From Terriglobia bacterium (GTDB lineage: Bacteria; Acidobacteriota; Terriglobia; 20CM-2-55-15): a DNA stretch of 64,000 nucleotides. This document shows, one piece after another, positions 60,316-64,000 of the stretch. Made by a program: the position numbers and the translations under genes. The stretch lies in NCBI GenBank assembly GCA_965198225.1, contig CBDAOY010000005.1:320001-384000 (forward strand), in the 5' to 3' direction. How positions within the stretch are numbered: the first letter of the stretch is position 1; every line of letters begins with the position of its first letter. The notes below the pieces were generated by a model. It saw only the letters and a list, made by a program, of their open reading frames with translations, was not told the origin of the DNA and did no database searches.

Positions 60316-60711
60316 ATGAAAATATTCGGCATCCTGCTGTCGATGTTCATCGTGATCCCGCTGGTGGAGTTCGCACTTCTAATCGAAATCGGATCTCGTT
60401 TGGGGACCGTGCGGACGCTGATGCTCATCTTCGGGACCGGCGTCGTGGGCGCTTACCTCGCTCGACTCGAGGGACTGCGGATTCTTTACCGCATCCAACG
60501 GGAATTCCAACGGGGATCAATGCCGAGCGAGCAGCTTTTTGACGGTATTCTCGTCCTGCTCGCCGGAGTCGTTCTGATCACTCCCGGACTGCTGACCGAC
60601 ATCGGCGGCTTGATCCTGCTGATTCCCGTGACCCGATACCCGATCAAGGCCTTCATCAAGCGTCGCGCGCAGTCCTGGCTCTCCGGCAGCCACGTTCGTA
60701 TCTCCATGTAG
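60316..60711 (+). CDS. fxsA: FxsA family membrane protein
   Basis: PLVEFALLIEIG..G, LITPGLLTDIGG. Confidence 0.9.
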   Translation: MKIFGILLSMFIVIPLVEFALLIEIGSRLGTVRTLMLIFGTGVVGAYLARLEGLRILYRIQREFQRGSMPSEQLFDGILVLLAGVVLITPGLLTDIGGLILLIPVTRYPIKAFIKRRAQSWLSGSHVRISM

Positions 60712-60810
60712 TTGAGCCACTCGCCGGCGCCAGTTTGACGATTCCCACCCGGTTCCTATAACATCCAGCCGTTTCGTCCCCACTTCAATAACACAGATGA
60801 GGAGCAACCC

Positions 60811-62412
60811 ATGGCTTCCAAACGACCGTTTCTCCTGACCGAGCTCGGCGCCGCATTTGCGGTCCTCTCGCTGGTAGCTCTCTGTTTGCCGCTGCTGGGG
60901 CAGACATCTCCGTTCACGGTCTCTCACGTCAAGGAAGCATCGATCGCCGATGTCCACGCCGCAATGACCGCGGGTGAACTGACGGCCCAGGATCTGGTGC
61001 AGATGTACCTGGATCGAATCGAGGCGTACGACAAGCAGGGGCCGGCCATCAACGCGATCATCATGATCAACCCGAGGGCCATGGACCGCGCCGCAGAATT
61101 GGACGCGAAGTTCGCCGAGTCAGGCTTCGTGGGTCCGTTGCACGGGATTCCCGTCATCATCAAGGACAACTACGACACCCACGACATGCCCACGACGAAC
61201 GGAACGCTCGCACTCAAGGATTCCATACCTCCCGATGACGCCTACCAGGTCCGAAAACTGCGAGAGGCCGGAGCGATCATCCTGGCCAAATCCAACATGG
61301 CGGAGTTCGCGATGAGCGGTGGTTTCTCGGTCAGCTCCATCCTGGCCGGGTACACGCGGAACCCCTACGACACGAGTCGGGCGACGGCCGGCTCCAGTGG
61401 CGGCACTGCCGCAGCGATTGCTGCGAATTTCGCGACCGTCGGCCTGGGCACCGACACCGGTAGTTCGATCCGAGGTCCCGCCTCGCATCAGAGTCTGGTC
61501 GGGTTCCGATCGACGGTAGGGCTCACGAGCCGCGACGGCATCATCCCACTCAATGCCGCACGCGATGTGGGAGGGCCGATCGCTCGCAGCGTTACCGACG
61601 CGGTGGTCGTTTTCGAACTGATCGCGGGGCACGATCCGGCGGATCCGATAACGGCCGCAAGCGAGGGAAAGGTGCCCGACAACTACAGCCAGTTTCTCGT
61701 CGAGGACGGTCTGAAGGGAGCTCGCCTCGGGGCTTTCCGGCAGCTATTCCCGGAAGACGACACGGACCCCGAGGTCTTGCGGCTCATGGACCAGGCCCTG
61801 GAAGACATGAAAGCCGCGGGCGCCATCATCATCGACCCGGTCCGGATACCGGACCTCGAAGAGATGCGAGAGTCGTTCAAGGAGGGAACCAGCCGAATGA
61901 AGTACGACTTCGAACGGTATCTCGCCACGCTGGGACCCGACGCGCCCTTCAAGACCCTGGACGAGATCGTCGAAACGGGCGACTTCCACCCCTTCTTGAG
62001 AAGGAATCTGAACCGCGCCCTGGAACGGGCCAAGGAGAATCCCGGTCCCCCCGAAGAGAATCCGGACTACCAGCACAACATGGAGGTCGAAAAGCAGCTT
62101 CGGGAAGCCGTTCTCAAAGCGATGGAGGACAACTCGGTCGAAGCGCTGATCTACCCGACGTTCCGGTATCCCCCGCGACTCATCGGTGACGAAAACACGA
62201 CGCCGCTGGGCGCGAACAGCAATCCACTCTCGCCTCCGACGGGCTTCCCCGCCTTCTCCGTCCCGATGGGCTTCACCGTCAACGGCCTGCCGGTGGGCTT
62301 GCAGTTGCTGGGGCGCGCCTTCGACGAAGGGACCCTGATTCGGCTGTCCTACGCCTACGAACAGGCCACGAAACATCGCCGCGCTCCCCGGAGCACGCCG
62401 CCTCTCTGGTAG
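60811..62412 (+). CDS. amidase signature family protein, exported
   Basis: GPLHGIPVIIKDN, GSSGGTA, GTDTGSSIRGP. Confidence 0.93.
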   Translation: MASKRPFLLTELGAAFAVLSLVALCLPLLGQTSPFTVSHVKEASIADVHAAMTAGELTAQDLVQMYLDRIEAYDKQGPAINAIIMINPRAMDRAAELDAKFAESGFVGPLHGIPVIIKDNYDTHDMPTTNGTLALKDSIPPDDAYQVRKLREAGAIILAKSNMAEFAMSGGFSVSSILAGYTRNPYDTSRATAGSSGGTAAAIAANFATVGLGTDTGSSIRGPASHQSLVGFRSTVGLTSRDGIIPLNAARDVGGPIARSVTDAVVVFELIAGHDPADPITAASEGKVPDNYSQFLVEDGLKGARLGAFRQLFPEDDTDPEVLRLMDQALEDMKAAGAIIIDPVRIPDLEEMRESFKEGTSRMKYDFERYLATLGPDAPFKTLDEIVETGDFHPFLRRNLNRALERAKENPGPPEENPDYQHNMEVEKQLREAVLKAMEDNSVEALIYPTFRYPPRLIGDENTTPLGANSNPLSPPTGFPAFSVPMGFTVNGLPVGLQLLGRAFDEGTLIRLSYAYEQATKHRRAPRSTPPLW

Positions 62413-62635
62413 CCGATGAGAAAACCTCGGCCGGACGTGTGAAGTTCAAGAGCTGTCACACGTCCGGCCGGCGGTCCCGTCATACGCCGCCACCTTCAGA
62501 TCAGCCCCGAAATCCAGCAGGCGGACCGACCAAGAGTCGGTTGATCGACTCACTTCAGCTTTGACTGTTGGAATCGGTATCATTTTCGTCATGGCGCTTT
62601 GCGTGCGTCTCGACATGGAACGAGGAGCGGATTCT

Positions 62636-63688
62636 GTGAGCACTACCCCGTACTTCTCACCCGACTACAACACGGCACGCGATCGGTTTCGCAAGGCGGT
62701 CGAGCGGGAGGGAGGACGGCTCGATGCGCTCGAACTAGATGCCGAAGGACCAGAGGGAACGGATCTGACGATCGACATTGCCTGGTTCGGGTCGGTGAAC
62801 CCCAAACGCGCCCTCGTCCACTCGTCCGGACTGCACGGGGTGGAGGGATTCGCGGGCTCCGCCATCCAACTGCGGCTCCTCGACCAAATGCCCGCCATTG
62901 CTGAAGGTGACGCGATCGCTATAGTCCACATTCTGAATCCCTACGGTATGGCCTGGCTCCGCCGCTTCAACGAGAACAGCGTGGACCTGAACCGTAATTT
63001 TCTAGGCGAAGACGAGCGCTACAGCGGGACGCCTGAGGCATACCCCGGGCTGAACTCGTTCCTGAATCCGGCCAGCCCGCCTTCGCTGGACCTGTTTTCG
63101 CTTCGCGTCGCATGGCTCATCGCACGGCACGGCCTGGCCGCGATGAAAGAAGCAATCGTCAGCGGCCAATACGAGTACCCGAAGGGACTTTTCTTCGGCG
63201 GAAAGCGGCTGGAACAGGGGGCGCAATTGTACCTCGAATGGGTGCGAAAGCATCTGTCGACGACGGAGCGTGTCCTTGCGGTGGATATTCACACGGGTCT
63301 CGGAAAATCCGGCGAAGACACCCTGCTCGTAGACCGCAACGTGCACGCACGGGCACGTCGTCTGTTCGGCAGACGGGTCGCTCCCCTCGATGCGGATCGC
63401 AGCGTCGCCTACGAGACCCGCGGTGGTCTCGACATGAGGGTTACTGATCTGCTACCCAATGTCGACTTCGTCGGCCAGGAATTCGGGACATACGGCCCGA
63501 TTCATGTCCTCCACGCTCTTCGTGAGGAAAACCGCTGGCACCACTACGGCGGGGGCGGCATCGATCATCCGGTCAAGATAGGGTTGAAGGAAGCCTTCTG
63601 CCGGGACCAGGAGTCCTGGAGGCAGAAAGTGCTGACCCGTGGATGTGAGATGTTTGAGCAGGCAGTCGGTGTGGTGTTCGGATCCTAG
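62636..63688 (+). CDS. DUF2817 / M14-like metallopeptidase
   Basis: SGLHGVEG, NPYG..RRFNENSVDLNRNF, DIHTGLG, EFGT; GAGGAG RBS before GTG. Confidence 0.85.
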   Translation: MSTTPYFSPDYNTARDRFRKAVEREGGRLDALELDAEGPEGTDLTIDIAWFGSVNPKRALVHSSGLHGVEGFAGSAIQLRLLDQMPAIAEGDAIAIVHILNPYGMAWLRRFNENSVDLNRNFLGEDERYSGTPEAYPGLNSFLNPASPPSLDLFSLRVAWLIARHGLAAMKEAIVSGQYEYPKGLFFGGKRLEQGAQLYLEWVRKHLSTTERVLAVDIHTGLGKSGEDTLLVDRNVHARARRLFGRRVAPLDADRSVAYETRGGLDMRVTDLLPNVDFVGQEFGTYGPIHVLHALREENRWHHYGGGGIDHPVKIGLKEAFCRDQESWRQKVLTRGCEMFEQAVGVVFGS

Positions 63689-63956
63689 TGGCCTGGAACA
63701 ATGCTATCGGTACCATCGCCGATGGGTCTTGCGGGCGAGGTGGAGGAGGGAGACGGAAAGCGATGCTCTTTCATCGGTGACGGCTTCCGACAAAGAGATC
63801 GCCCACAACCCCCATCGGCCCGAAGGGTTCGGCCCAACGGCGCCGTCTTCGGTGTCGTAACGCCCTCGCAATGAAACAGCATTGGCTCGAGCGTCACTCC
63901 TAGAATCCGACGCCGTTCCGCCGAACGCTGGTACCGATAGCACTGTTACAGGTCAC
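63688..63956. mobile_element. 269-bp MITE-like element with structured core
   Basis: 28-bp TIRs (25/28 match) ending TGCTATCGGTACCA; TA on both sides; core homologous to 37241-37511. Confidence 0.85.
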
Positions 63957-64000
63957 TAATCGATGCGGCGTCAGCCAGCGGTATCACAACGGTTAATCTG

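Noticed and set aside
62446-62643. Short minus-strand ORF between the amidase and DUF2817 genes
   Set aside because: No recognisable motif; it overlaps the RBS of the downstream gene.

Overview
GC-rich bacterial chromosomal segment (roughly 60% GC by eye). Gene content and repeat style suggest Acidobacteriota (inference). It is mostly housekeeping: gltA, iscS-iscU-mnmA, an rlmD-like methyltransferase, comEC, mltD, nnr/tsaE, argD, aroF/aroA/aroK, carD, nrdR-hsp20-lon-thiL, acd-meaB-mce-mtnP, dapF, ispH and fabH. It also holds a cobalamin riboswitch ahead of btuB-btuF and two ECF sigma/zinc anti-sigma/DUF4097 envelope-stress operons. Main signals the ORF track misses: (1) an exported, Cys-free selenocysteine peroxiredoxin split at an in-frame TGA with a SECIS-like hairpin (20631-21188, -); (2) two ~270-bp TA-flanked miniature elements (37241-37511, 63688-63956) with unrelated terminal inverted repeats but the same covarying two-arm core and complementary apical hairpins, plus a 19-bp collapsed footprint at the lon stop; (3) a 102-bp MITE interrupting the 5' end of comEC; (4) an ORF-free promoter-hairpin-terminator unit (candidate sRNA) after fabH; (5) several families of intergenic palindromic repeats with no transposase in the window; (6) small lesions (7-bp frameshifting duplication, 27-bp duplication, probable 12-bp deletion).
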